DNA from: Candidatus Altimarinota bacterium
GTDB lineage: Bacteria; Patescibacteriota; Gracilibacteria; 1-14-2-50-48-13
Assembly (NCBI GenBank): GCA_046314355.1
Contig: JBKBWQ010000001.1
Location: forward strand, 1,088,001-1,152,000
Direction: 5' to 3'
Length of the DNA stretch: 64,000 nucleotides
The notes beneath the pieces were generated by a model. The model worked only from the letters and a program-made list of their open reading frames with translations, ran no database searches and was not told where the DNA came from. The position numbers and the translations under genes were made by a program. Below, piece by piece: positions 9,964 through 19,630 of this stretch. Every line of letters starts with the position of its first letter. The first letter of the stretch is position 1.

Positions 9964-10583
9964 TGATCAGAGCGTAGCTCATCAATGATTTCTTGGAGTC
10001 TTTTAAGGGAACGATGGACAATGATCCGGATGTTCCCTTCTTTGATTTTAAGTATTTTTGAAATCTCAGTATAAGAGAGGTCCTCAAGATACTTCATTGT
10101 AATGACGCTTTTCCCAGGTTCGGCGAGTTTTTTTAGTGCATCTTTGAGCAGATCTGTATTAAGTGTATGTGTCAATTCTTCCTCAGGAGCAGCAATATCT
10201 GTATGCTCAGAGTCAGGTACCTCGAGACTGTCATCAAGAGAGATAGTGATCTTTTTTGTCCGGTAGTAGTCAATAATCGTACGGTGAGCGATAGTAAACA
10301 ACCAGGATCTGAATTTACCCTCCTGATCTCCCTGAAATGAAGAGAGCTTTTCCCAAACCTTTATAAAAATGTCAGATGTAACATCGCTTGCATCCTCTTC
10401 TGCAACCTTAAAATAGACATACCTATAAATATCATTTATGGCTGAATCGTAGATATGTGCAAATGCATCTGCATCTCCTTGCTTTGCTTTAGAGATCCAG
10501 AGCATTAATTCACTCACTTCCTCTTTATCTTCTTGAACCTCTCCATGAGTAGAGGTGCGTAAATGTAAGGTTTGGTCGAGCAT
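9960..10583 (-). CDS. ECF-type sigma-70 factor
   Basis: GDADAFAHIY, DVTSDIFIKVW, FRSWLFTIAHRTIIDYYR, region-4 HTH LSYTEISKIL..KEGNIR. Confidence 0.9.
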   Translation of the reverse strand: MLDQTLHLRTSTHGEVQEDKEEVSELMLWISKAKQGDADAFAHIYDSAINDIYRYVYFKVAEEDASDVTSDIFIKVWEKLSSFQGDQEGKFRSWLFTIAHRTIIDYYRTKKITISLDDSLEVPDSEHTDIAAPEEELTHTLNTDLLKDALKKLAEPGKSVITMKYLEDLSYTEISKILKIKEGNIRIIVHRSLKRLQEIIDELRSDH

Positions 10584-10673
10584 GTACTATGAGTATTAGT
10601 ACCCTCATTATAGAAGTTTTTATTTGTTTGGGAAGGTGACATGGAAAGTAATTGGGAAATAAGTAATGAAGTC

Positions 10674-10769
10674 ATTGGACTCTAATCATTGAACTCAATA
10701 ATTGGGCGCGCATAATTAAGCTCAATGATTAGAGCCCAATAATGTGCACCCAGTTATTGAGCTCCAATT
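10674..10769. repeat. Degenerate tandem array of seven 13-14 nt quasi-palindromic units (consensus about ATTGAGCTCAAT)
   Basis: ATTGGACTCTAATC/ATTGAACTCAATA/ATTGGGCGCGCATA/ATTAAGCTCAATG/ATTAGAGCCCAATA/ATGTGCACCCAGTT/ATTGAGCTCCAATT. Confidence 0.75.
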
Positions 10770-10870
10770 CCTTAATTCCTCCCGTACTTTTTACTCTCTC
10801 ACATTTCTGCTTCCATTTTTACTGATCTTCACTATACTTTTTACACGTCTTATTTTGTTTTGCGTGCCAT

Positions 10871-13396
10871 ATGTCCCAGCAAGAAGATCCAATACTACCA
10901 GAAGAAAATATTCCAAATGAAGAAATACCAATAAATGCTGCAATTCGTCCAAGAGAAATCATAAAGGAGATGCAGGAGTCATATCTTGACTATGCAATGA
11001 GTGTAATTGTCTCTCGTGCTCTTCCAGATATCCGTGATGGTATGAAACCGGTACAGAGAAGAATTCTTTATACTATGCACGCGATGAGCTTAAGTGCTGG
11101 TTCTAAGTATAAAAAGTCTGCCAGAGTAGTCGGAGACGTAATGGGTAAATTTCATCCGCATGGAGACAGCTCAGTATACGAGGCTATGGTAAGACTTGCA
11201 CAGCCTTTTGCTTTAAGATACCCACTAGTAGATGGACAGGGTAACTTTGGATCTATCGATGGAGATCCGGCAGCAGCACAGCGTTATACGGAGGTGCGTA
11301 TGACAAAGATTGCAGATGAAATGATTGCAGATATAGAAAAAGAAACAGTGCCATTCCGACCTAACTATGATGGATCAGAAGAAGAACCTATGGTGCTTCC
11401 AGGAAGATTCCCAAATCTTCTAGTAAACGGAAATATGGGTATCGCCGTAGGTATGGCTACAAATATGCCGCCGAATAATCTTGGAGAAGTGATAGATGCC
11501 ATTTGTCTTCTATTGGATAATCCAGAGGCAGGGGTAGATGAAATAATGGAAATTATTCAGGGACCAGACTTTCCTACATACGGTATTATTTATGATCGTG
11601 AACAGATCAAGACTGCCTATGCGACTGGAAGAGGAAGTATTCTTATGCGCTCAAGAGCACTGATTGAAGAGACAAAGTCAGGTAAACCTCAGATCGTAGT
11701 AACAGAGCTTCCATATCAGGTGAATAAGGCAAACATGGTTGAAAAAATAGCTATGCTTGTACGAGATAAAAAGATCGTAGGTATTACGGATATACGTGAT
11801 GAATCAAATAAAGAAGGTATCAGAGTAGTCATTGAGATGAAGAGAGATGCTCAGCCAAAGAAAATTCTCAATCAGCTGTATCAAATGACGCAGATGCAGA
11901 CAAGTTTCGGAGTGAACTTAATCTCTTTGATTGATGGTATTCAGCCGCAGCTTTTGAATATAAAGGATCTTTTAGAGCATTTTATTGCTCATAGAAAAAT
12001 AGTAATACGAAAGCGTACGGAGTATGAGCTTCGCCAAGCTGAGGATAGATATCATATATTGGCAGGTTTGAAGATTGCTCTTGATAATATCGATGAGGTA
12101 ATTCGGATTATCCGTGCTGCCGCAACTCAAGAACAGGCAAAGATTGACTTGATAGCATCATTTCAGCTTTCAGAAAGACAGGCAGATGCAATTCTTGCGA
12201 TGCAGCTTAGAAGACTTGCTGGTCTTGAAAGAAAGAAGATTGAGGATGAAATGAAGAGTCTCGAACTTATTATTGCAGAACTTAAATCAATCCTTGCAGA
12301 TGTTCAGAGAATTATTGAAATTATCCGAAAGGAATCTTTAGAGATTAAAGATAAGTATGGAGATGCTCGAAGAACTCAGGTGATTTCTTCTGCTCTTGGT
12401 AAGTTTAAACTTACGGATACTATTCCGGATGAAGAAGTAATCGTAACTCTTACAAAGGAAAACTATATTAAGCGTTTGCCGCTTAATACTTTCCATTCTC
12501 AAAAACGCGGAGGAAAAGGAGTAGTGGGAATGACTACGAAAGAAGAGGATGAGATACATATGATTGTATCCACAATGACGCATAATCAGCTTCTCTTCTT
12601 TACGAATACAGGACGAGTATTCAAACTTCCGGTCTATGAGATAGATCAGGCATCACGTCAAGCAAAGGGACAGGCGGTTGTAAATCTTCTCAATCTCCGA
12701 CCAGAGGAGAAAATAGTGAGTATTCTTGATATTGCAGAGAAAAAAGATGCAAAAAATCTTTTCATGTCCACAAAACTTGGAACAGTAAAGAAGACTGACC
12801 TTGAGGAGTTTAAGAATATTATGAGCAAGGGAATCATTGCCATAAAGATTAAGGAAGATGATGAGCTTCTTTGGGTAAAAGCTACAACTGGACAAGATGA
12901 AATTGTCATTATTACTGAAAAAGGACAGAGTATACGATTCTCAGAGGATGATGTAAGACCTATGGGGCGAGCTTCATCAGGAGTAAGAGGTATCAAACTT
13001 AAGGGTACGGATTCTGTTGTAGAGATGGATACTGTTACAAATGACAAGGGACATGTTCTCATCATTACTCAGAACGGTATGGGTAAAAAGACAAAGCTTG
13101 GTGAATACCGTCTCCAGACTCGAGGTGGTTCTGGTATCAAGACAGCTATGATTACTTCACGAACAGGATCAATACTTGGAGCAAAGGTAGTAACTCACGA
13201 TTCTACAGGAGATCTTCTTCTTATCTCTAGTAGAGGACAGATGCTTCGTATTAGTCTCAAAGATCTTCCTGAAAGAGGAAGAGTAACACAGGGTGTCTTT
13301 ATCATGAGATTTAGAGAGAAAGGTGATGTTGTGGCAAGCATGTCTATGGTTGCTAAGGATGAGACTCCTCCGCCAGATCCTGAAGATAACGAATAA
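10871..13396 (+). CDS. gyrA: DNA gyrase subunit A
   Basis: [28 protein letters not shown] catalytic Tyr, GyrA-box QKRGGKG, and C-terminal pinwheel repeats. Confidence 0.98.
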   Translation: MSQQEDPILPEENIPNEEIPINAAIRPREIIKEMQESYLDYAMSVIVSRALPDIRDGMKPVQRRILYTMHAMSLSAGSKYKKSARVVGDVMGKFHPHGDSSVYEAMVRLAQPFALRYPLVDGQGNFGSIDGDPAAAQRYTEVRMTKIADEMIADIEKETVPFRPNYDGSEEEPMVLPGRFPNLLVNGNMGIAVGMATNMPPNNLGEVIDAICLLLDNPEAGVDEIMEIIQGPDFPTYGIIYDREQIKTAYATGRGSILMRSRALIEETKSGKPQIVVTELPYQVNKANMVEKIAMLVRDKKIVGITDIRDESNKEGIRVVIEMKRDAQPKKILNQLYQMTQMQTSFGVNLISLIDGIQPQLLNIKDLLEHFIAHRKIVIRKRTEYELRQAEDRYHILAGLKIALDNIDEVIRIIRAAATQEQAKIDLIASFQLSERQADAILAMQLRRLAGLERKKIEDEMKSLELIIAELKSILADVQRIIEIIRKESLEIKDKYGDARRTQVISSALGKFKLTDTIPDEEVIVTLTKENYIKRLPLNTFHSQKRGGKGVVGMTTKEEDEIHMIVSTMTHNQLLFFTNTGRVFKLPVYEIDQASRQAKGQAVVNLLNLRPEEKIVSILDIAEKKDAKNLFMSTKLGTVKKTDLEEFKNIMSKGIIAIKIKEDDELLWVKATTGQDEIVIITEKGQSIRFSEDDVRPMGRASSGVRGIKLKGTDSVVEMDTVTNDKGHVLIITQNGMGKKTKLGEYRLQTRGGSGIKTAMITSRTGSILGAKVVTHDSTGDLLLISSRGQMLRISLKDLPERGRVTQGVFIMRFREKGDVVASMSMVAKDETPPPDPEDNE

Positions 13397-13419
13397 TATT
13401 CTTAATATCTCTACCTTCC

Positions 13420-14733
13420 ATGAAAATCCATTCTCGTATTGCAGGTGTAGGCGCATTTATCGGAAAAGTAGCCGGAAGGATACAGAAAATGCGCTCTCAT
13501 GTTGCAGAGCTGAAGCAGAAAAGAGAAAAACAGCATATCAAAGAGGTAGTTGCAGAACTACCTCGTTCAGAGGAAGATAAACCGCAATTTCCAGCACGGC
13601 TGCAGGTAGATATCACTGTTACAAGTGTGATCAAAGCTGCAGTGGCAATGATACTTGTGTTATTATTTTTCTACTTTCTCTATCTTATTGGAGACATTCT
13701 TGCGATCTTTCTTGTCTCTGCGCTCTTAGCTGCAGCGCTGAATCCTGTAGTAGACAGGTTGGAAAAGAACAAGGTTCCAAGAGGCATAGGTGTAGTTTTA
13801 AGCTATATTGTACTTCTCATTGTTGTTACGATAGTTGTCCTTGCAGTAGTACCGATGCTTGCTTCTCAAGGGGAGAAGCTTATACAGACACTTATTAGAT
13901 TCTTTCAAAATATTGCGAATGAAGGAGTATCAAGTATCCCAATACCTTTTCTTCCTTCCAGTACAGAAGGCTGGCTTATAGATCGTATCAATGAATTTAG
14001 ATCAAATATTAACGTTGATCTTATCTTCAATCAGATGCAGGACTGGCTTCTACAGAATCAGGGAGCAATAAAGGATAATCTTCAGCAGGTTGCAACAAAC
14101 TTTTTAGGGGTAGTAAACGGAGTATTTAACGGGCTTACAAATGTGGTGCTCGTCATGTTCTTTACTTATTTTCTTGTGGCGGATAAAGAGAATATTAAGA
14201 AATACTGCCTTGCGCTCTTCCCTTCTTCATATAGAGATTATTTAGGTATCAAGCTCCACGATATACAGTTTAAAGTTGGTGCATGGGTACGAGGGCAATT
14301 ACTTCTTGGATTTACTATAGGTCTCTCCACATATGTTGGACTTTGGATCCTATTTATTTTTGGTATAGATATTCCCTACAAGGAAACTTTAGCAATCATT
14401 GCAGGTCTTACGGAACTAATACCGGTTATAGGACCTATTATTGCTGCTATATTCGGTATACTAGTGGCTGCAAATGTAGGTACCGTACCAACAATAGCGG
14501 TACTTATCCTCTTTACGCTTATTCAGCAGCTTGAGAATAATATACTCGTTCCAGTAATCATGAATCATGCAGTAGGATTAAATCCAATAGTGATTATTAT
14601 CGGTATGACTGTTGGTGCAAAGTTCTTTGGATTATTTGGACTAATACTTGCTATTCCTTTAATTACGGTAATGTCACTCTTTGTAGATGACATTATTGCG
14701 AGAAACAGTATGCGTATTGATAGAAAATCCTAA
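13420..14733 (+). CDS. AI-2E family transporter (PerM-like)
   Basis: Multi-TM, with LNPVVDRLEK, LIPVIGP, QQLENNILVPVIM..AVGLNP, GLILAIPL. Confidence 0.88.
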   Translation: MKIHSRIAGVGAFIGKVAGRIQKMRSHVAELKQKREKQHIKEVVAELPRSEEDKPQFPARLQVDITVTSVIKAAVAMILVLLFFYFLYLIGDILAIFLVSALLAAALNPVVDRLEKNKVPRGIGVVLSYIVLLIVVTIVVLAVVPMLASQGEKLIQTLIRFFQNIANEGVSSIPIPFLPSSTEGWLIDRINEFRSNINVDLIFNQMQDWLLQNQGAIKDNLQQVATNFLGVVNGVFNGLTNVVLVMFFTYFLVADKENIKKYCLALFPSSYRDYLGIKLHDIQFKVGAWVRGQLLLGFTIGLSTYVGLWILFIFGIDIPYKETLAIIAGLTELIPVIGPIIAAIFGILVAANVGTVPTIAVLILFTLIQQLENNILVPVIMNHAVGLNPIVIIIGMTVGAKFFGLFGLILAIPLITVMSLFVDDIIARNSMRIDRKS

Positions 14734-14799
14734 GTGAGATCTCTCCTTCTTTTGAAATCTGTTGTATACTATATATGACAGATTTTTTTAACGATAAAT

Positions 14800-14985
14800 A
14801 TGACTATCTATAATTTCAAATGCACAGAGTGTAATCATCAATTTGAGCACCTGGCACTCCCGCCAGTAAAAGAAGAACTTGCAATTGCCTGTCCTTCATG
14901 CGATAGCGAAAGTGTAAAAAAGTTACTCGCTCCAGCTACTCCGGAAAGTGAAATAGATAAAAAAACTTCTCCTGAAATTAAGTAA
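14800..14985 (+). CDS. FmdB-like zinc-ribbon protein
   Basis: MTIYNFKCTECNHQFE...CPSCDS...KLLA. Confidence 0.8.
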   Translation: MTIYNFKCTECNHQFEHLALPPVKEELAIACPSCDSESVKKLLAPATPESEIDKKTSPEIK

Positions 14986-15869
14986 TGAATAGTTCTCTTT
15001 TTGCATTACTAAAAACAGCTCAGGAAAGTCTAATGGATGCAGAGATATCTGAACCTGAGATCTCTGCTAAATTCTTGCTTGCAGGAGTAATAGGTATAGA
15101 GCCAAAAGAGCTTATTTTTTATGATAAAGATGTATCAGATGAACAACGTTTGATTTTTGAAGAATACATAAAAGAACGACTCACGGGTAGACCTGTTGCA
15201 TATATTTTAGGAAAACAGAATTTCAGAGGACTAGATTTCTTTGTAAATGAATCTGTGCTTATTCCTCGTCCTGAGACCGAAGAACTAGTGGACTTAGCAT
15301 TAGAGTATCAAGATCATGGTACTATAGCTATCGATTTAGGAACTGGCTCAGGAAATATACCTATCTGTCTTCAAAAAGAAGGAACATGGAAAAAGGTATA
15401 TGGATTAGAGATAAGCAAAGATGCTTTGAAGATGGCAGAATCCAATGCTACAAATCTTGATACCGTGGTAACTTTCAAAGAATGTGATGTGACTTCTAGA
15501 GAATTTAAAATACTTCTTGAAGATATTGTTTCAAATTATCAGCCTTCCTCACTTTGTATTACTGCAAATTTGCCCTATATCTCGTCTCAGGAGAGAGACG
15601 AACTTGAAAAGGACGTAAGAGACTTTGAACCTCACATCGCGCTTTTTGGCGGCGAAATAGGAGATGAAATGATACTAAGCACAACGAAGACTATCTGGGA
15701 TGTGTGCAGTAGTCATTCTCTGCCTTTTTTTATGATTCATGAGCTTGATGATCAGATGTCTCTAAGGGTAAAAGAAAAAGTTGAAGCAATAACAGGAAGT
15801 ACATGGCAGGTTAGAAAAGATATTCAAAGTAAGTCACGTTTTCTTGTATTCAATACAATAGTGCATTGA
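14985..15869 (+). CDS. prmC: Release factor glutamine methyltransferase
   Basis: GRPVAYILG, VLIPRPETEELV, DLGTGSG, ANLPYI, FEPHIALFGG. Confidence 0.93.
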   Translation: MNSSLFALLKTAQESLMDAEISEPEISAKFLLAGVIGIEPKELIFYDKDVSDEQRLIFEEYIKERLTGRPVAYILGKQNFRGLDFFVNESVLIPRPETEELVDLALEYQDHGTIAIDLGTGSGNIPICLQKEGTWKKVYGLEISKDALKMAESNATNLDTVVTFKECDVTSREFKILLEDIVSNYQPSSLCITANLPYISSQERDELEKDVRDFEPHIALFGGEIGDEMILSTTKTIWDVCSSHSLPFFMIHELDDQMSLRVKEKVEAITGSTWQVRKDIQSKSRFLVFNTIVH

Positions 15870-15893
15870 CAGTGTTTTTAATCTCCCTACAAT
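15866..15893 (+). promoter_or_regulatory. Sigma70-type promoter
   Basis: TTGACA (15866-15871), 16 nt, TACAAT (15888-15893) ahead of ATG 15922. Confidence 0.6.
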
Positions 15894-15921
15894 ACTCCCA
15901 AATCTACAACCTAAACTTTCC

Positions 15922-17367
15922 ATGGCAGGCATAAAAGTAAACTCATCCTCAGAAGCTCACTATCCAGAGAAAAGATTTAACACTGTTTCAGGCGAGCATT
16001 TTGATATTCAACGTCAAAAGAAAGAGACGAATGAAAAGATTATCAATCTTCCTGATCCGTATGCAGTGACTTATTCAGGAAAGGGACGAGATAATGGTCT
16101 GATTCAAGTAATTGCCACTGATCCTACTAAGAATCCTCTACAAGGTGCACAGAGACCTGATGAAATTCTCGAGAAAAGTAGTAACGCAGTAGTAATTTAT
16201 CTTACTATTGAAAATGGTGTTCCTATGTTTAGGACAGCATATCGTGGAGATGATGGAAATGTACAGGTAAATCCAACTGCAGAAGGACCAACTACAAAAA
16301 AAGATATCTTAGAGCAGCTTTCAAAGGAAAATCTTGTGACAGAAGAGGTAAATGATAAACAAGGAAAGGCTTTTGTACGGGTAAAAATTAAAGTTGAAGG
16401 TGAAACAAAATTTGTAGTAGTGAGAGGGGAGCAGTATACGCTTTTAAGAGAGTATTTGCGCAACCGTAAAAAAGCTCAACAGCAGCCTGCCGAAGGAGAT
16501 ACTCATGTCATTTTTGAAAAAGAAAAGGAATCTGCTCCAGCAGATAAAACAGAAAATCCTGAGATAAAAAAAGCTGTACCAGACTCCGTTATTGATATTA
16601 CTCCGCATATAAATAAGAAGCATGAACAAAAAGCAGCAATAAAGGTAGATACAGTAAGTAATGAAAGCAAGATTACTCAATCTGCTCCAGAAAAAGCCAT
16701 AGAAGCTATCTCTGAGGGAGTATTCACTCCGGTATTAAAAGAGTTAGACAATATTACTGCTGAGGACTTAACTCTTGAGGGACGTACTAAATTTCTGAAA
16801 AAATTTAAAACTCAAAGAATGCTTGTGATTGCTGCCTTTGCATTGGATAGCTGGAAACTTGTAGTAAATAATAAAGATAAAGAAAAACTGGTGTTCAAGA
16901 AAATAAGCGAAAAATTTATAGAAAAGATGCGTGGACTCTTCCCTTCAGTGAAGGCTAAAGCCTTGGAAGCCACTATTATTAGCCAATGGAAGAGATTCCA
17001 GGCGTCTGTTTCAAATATTGCACAGAAATATCCTGTTATTCCTGATCCTAAAGTTGTACCATTTGTGCCAAAAATTCAGGAAGCATCTCACAGAGTTTCA
17101 GAAAATATTAAGATTATCAATGGTGTAGTTGTAAGAACACCGCAGCAGGATGAAAATAAGATTGTAGAAATGGCAGACGTAAAGGAGAGAAAAGAAGCGA
17201 AGAGAGCAGAAAAAATCATAGACTTTCAGAAAAAAGTACATGAAGGTACTGTAAAAAAGACTGCTCAGACAGTTGAAAATTCTAAATCTGAAAAACCTGC
17301 TGCACCAGCAAGTATCTGGGCAAAAGCAAAAGGATTTCTAGGAAAGGTCTTCAAGCGCGCAGCTTAA
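15922..17367 (+). CDS. Hypothetical protein, K/E-rich
   Basis: 481-aa ORF with genome-typical codon use and its own promoter. No recognised motif. Confidence 0.75.
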   Translation: MAGIKVNSSSEAHYPEKRFNTVSGEHFDIQRQKKETNEKIINLPDPYAVTYSGKGRDNGLIQVIATDPTKNPLQGAQRPDEILEKSSNAVVIYLTIENGVPMFRTAYRGDDGNVQVNPTAEGPTTKKDILEQLSKENLVTEEVNDKQGKAFVRVKIKVEGETKFVVVRGEQYTLLREYLRNRKKAQQQPAEGDTHVIFEKEKESAPADKTENPEIKKAVPDSVIDITPHINKKHEQKAAIKVDTVSNESKITQSAPEKAIEAISEGVFTPVLKELDNITAEDLTLEGRTKFLKKFKTQRMLVIAAFALDSWKLVVNNKDKEKLVFKKISEKFIEKMRGLFPSVKAKALEATIISQWKRFQASVSNIAQKYPVIPDPKVVPFVPKIQEASHRVSENIKIINGVVVRTPQQDENKIVEMADVKERKEAKRAEKIIDFQKKVHEGTVKKTAQTVENSKSEKPAAPASIWAKAKGFLGKVFKRAA

Positions 17368-17549
17368 AGATGAGTGCAGCCCGCAAATGGATTGGAGCCG
17401 TCATCAGTCTTTACGACTTCGACATCTCCGTCCTTTTCGCCGCACTCAGGGGTTGGACATGTAAGATCCACTCCTTCTTTATTGCACTGCACCATTATTC
17501 TAAAGAACTGATGCTTACAGCTTTTGCACGTAACTTTTAATAAAGCCAT
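17364..17549 (-). CDS. Small zinc-ribbon protein
   Basis: CKSC...CPTPEC. Sits 11 nt downstream of the ferredoxin-containing ORF. Confidence 0.65.
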   Translation of the reverse strand: MALLKVTCKSCKHQFFRIMVQCNKEGVDLTCPTPECGEKDGDVEVVKTDDGSNPFAGCTHL

Positions 17550-17560
17550 AATTCTTAGTA

Positions 17561-18436
17561 TTATTCAGTAAAATCAATAGCTCCCACAGGACATTCCTGT
17601 TTTGTTTCCTCCAGCTGTTCTTCTGTAACCTCAGAAAAAGCCTTAGAATCCTTTATAAACGCCTTTCCGGTATCTTCTGCTAAATCATATACCTTTTCAC
17701 AAAGAGAAACGCACATACCGCATCCTATGCATAAATCTTGATCTACTTTGGTTTGCTTCTCAGTCATATTAATCTTTAAGTACTTTTTTAATAATAATAG
17801 CAATTCATCATCAGATTGCCATGTAGGTCCCAGCCGGTCAAGAAGAAGAGGCTTCACATTGGAATAGCTATTCAGGAGAAAGCGCAAAGCTCCTATAAGC
17901 CCTTCTTTGTCTTTATTGATACCTCGCGAATAACTCCGCAAAAGATCGTAAATGACGTGAGCTTCACATTGAGGCTGAAAGCTTCCGGATGGCTTGGCAA
18001 TGTATGCTTCAATAGTTGTACAGTTTTTTAGAAGTGCATCTAGCACCATGTACATTCCATCCAGCACCTTGTGCTTTCCCTCTTCGTAACGCACAAGAAT
18101 AGGCAGATGACTAAGAGGTACCTCCTGCACCCATAAATTAAATTCAGGATGTGCAGGTATCAGTTTCCTAAATGCATGCGGCATGTGATCAGCCTCCTCA
18201 ATAAGATATTTGTTCCATTCAGGAGTAACACCTGTGAGCCACAGGTCATCAATATTCATTGTTTTCTTCTGCCAGACAAGACTTGTGTCTGAAATATAAT
18301 CTCCAATCCAGTTGAGGTTTGTACCTGAATGGGCGAGAAGTTCAGTCACTAAAGCGTGATCCTGCTTTGCTGTAAGTGTTTTTTGGAAATGGAGTAGCTG
18401 TTGGAGATACTCTTTATCAGGGAAAGATGTGTCCAT
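17561..18436 (-). CDS. ParB/Srx-like hypothetical domain in frame with a monocluster ferredoxin (ferredoxin alone: 17561..17767); probably two genes joined by a 1-nt deletion
   Basis: PILVRYEEGKHKVLDG (ParB/Srx-like). C-terminal DQDLCIGCGMCVSLC...CPVGAI ferredoxin with an internal ATG at 17767. Confidence 0.7.
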   Translation of the reverse strand: MDTSFPDKEYLQQLLHFQKTLTAKQDHALVTELLAHSGTNLNWIGDYISDTSLVWQKKTMNIDDLWLTGVTPEWNKYLIEEADHMPHAFRKLIPAHPEFNLWVQEVPLSHLPILVRYEEGKHKVLDGMYMVLDALLKNCTTIEAYIAKPSGSFQPQCEAHVIYDLLRSYSRGINKDKEGLIGALRFLLNSYSNVKPLLLDRLGPTWQSDDELLLLLKKYLKINMTEKQTKVDQDLCIGCGMCVSLCEKVYDLAEDTGKAFIKDSKAFSEVTEEQLEETKQECPVGAIDFTE

Positions 18437-18441
18437 ATGAA

Positions 18442-18924
18442 TTATTGTAATGATTTCAATTCTGCTAAAAACTGTTCTCTAGATAAGTGTACTAACTTTT
18501 TATCTTTCGCAAGAGAGGTGCTGGTTATTTCCTTACCAAACCACTCTGGAGGTACAAATAATTCAGCTTCTTCTTTTGTAGCAAACTCCATCTCAGCCCT
18601 AATCAATCCCTCATAGGTCATATTATAGATCTTTAGACTTGCTCCAGGTATATTCTCAATAATGTAGCTTGTACGGGATAGCCCTTTTGCACAAAGTACT
18701 TTTAGAGCTTCAAATTCATCCTTTGAAAGAGGAACTTTGTATTTTTCATCAGTGAATGCTTCCTGTGAAATCTTCCGCTCTAGTTCATATATCTCTCCTT
18801 TGCGCTGAATACGGATTTCAGATACCGAAGAGGTATAGAGAAAATATCTTTCATATTCAATAGAGTGAAGATGTGAGAGGTCTGGGAGTGTGGCTACTAG
18901 AAACTTTCGTTCGATTTCTGGCAT
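18442..18924 (-). CDS. CYTH-domain protein
   Basis: EIERKFLV N-terminal motif, AEMEF, PPEWFGKEIT. Confidence 0.88.
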   Translation of the reverse strand: MPEIERKFLVATLPDLSHLHSIEYERYFLYTSSVSEIRIQRKGEIYELERKISQEAFTDEKYKVPLSKDEFEALKVLCAKGLSRTSYIIENIPGASLKIYNMTYEGLIRAEMEFATKEEAELFVPPEWFGKEITSTSLAKDKKLVHLSREQFLAELKSLQ

Positions 18925-18942
18925 GGGAGAATGTAGGTGACT

Positions 18943-19185
18943 TCAAAATATATGCTTTGCAAGAAATGCTTTCCCTGAAGGAGATTTTAAGTATTTCTCA
19001 AAAGAGAGTGCTTTTATTTTAGATGGAATAGCGCAATAGTAAATAATTTTCCATGGTTTAAGCGATTTTGTTGAAGTATTTCGACCAAAGTTATGGTCTT
19101 CAAAGCGTTGTTTTAGATTTTTTGTATATCCAGTATAGTGCTTTAGTTAAAATGTTAGGCTTTGGATTATATATACGTAGTACAT
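18943..19185 (-). pseudogene. Small GIY-YIG endonuclease (UPF0213-like) with an in-frame TAA at codon 13
   Basis: Hand translation: MYYVYIIQSLTF*LKHYTGYTKNLKQRFEDHNFGRNTSTKSLKPWKIIYYCAIPSKIKALSFEKYLKSPSGKAFLAKHIF*. The TAA is at 19149-19147. Confidence 0.88.
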
Positions 19186-19359
19186 ATAGAATATTAATTA
19201 TTATCTGCCTTTATCTTAGAAAAAATTTATGTCTAAAACAAAATAAATATTCACAAACTGTTGTTAAGTTTTTAAAACACAAGCAATGAACCTTGAGTAG
19301 ATCCAAGATTCTTATTAATACATATGCGTACCAGAATATACCTATGCATAATGCTTGGG

Positions 19360-19511
19360 TGTCCCTCTACGCCACAAAACAACCAAAAACTTATAGTTCA
19401 GGTGTAGGCTACGAGGGACATTCTTCGCTGTATATTATAAAAATCTTCGTTTACGAAGATTCATTCCATTCTGGCTGTGCCATTCGTAGCTTCGTGAGAA
19501 GCGAAGAATGG
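19360..19511 (-). other. Structured inverted-repeat element abutting the tRNA-Leu 3' end
   Basis: Pairings: TGTCCCTC(19360)/GAGGGACA(19413), CATTCTTCGCT(19419)/AGCGAAGAATG(19500), AATCTTCGT/ACGAAGATT (19442-19461), GCTACGA(19408)/TCGTAGC(19484). Confidence 0.6.
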
Positions 19512-19591
19512 TGCCCAAGAGAGGACTCGAACCTCCACGCCGTAGGCACTGGCTTCTAAGACCAGCGTGTCTACCATTTCACCACCTGGGC
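19509..19591 (-). tRNA. tRNA-Leu(TAG)
   Basis: Reverse complement GCCCAGGTGGTGAAATGGTAGACACGCTGGTCT-TAG-AAGCCAGTGCCTACGGCGTGGAGGTTCGAGTCCTCTCTTGGGCACCA, with long variable arm and encoded CCA. Confidence 0.97.
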
Positions 19592-19630
19592 ACATTCCGC
19601 CATTGGCGGACTAGTTACTAATGACTATCA

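Noticed and set aside
10674-10769. CRISPR array
   Set aside because: Units are 13-14 nt, degenerate and contiguous, with no unique spacers. No cas genes are in the window.
19147-19149. TAA read-through or recoding in the GIY-YIG gene
   Set aside because: TAA is the commonest stop in the window. A nonsense mutation or base error is simpler.
19068-19559. ORFs 19068..19289 and 19293..19559 (+)
   Set aside because: Antisense to the GIY-YIG pseudogene and to tRNA-Leu with its trailer, TTG starts, and no recognisable protein features.
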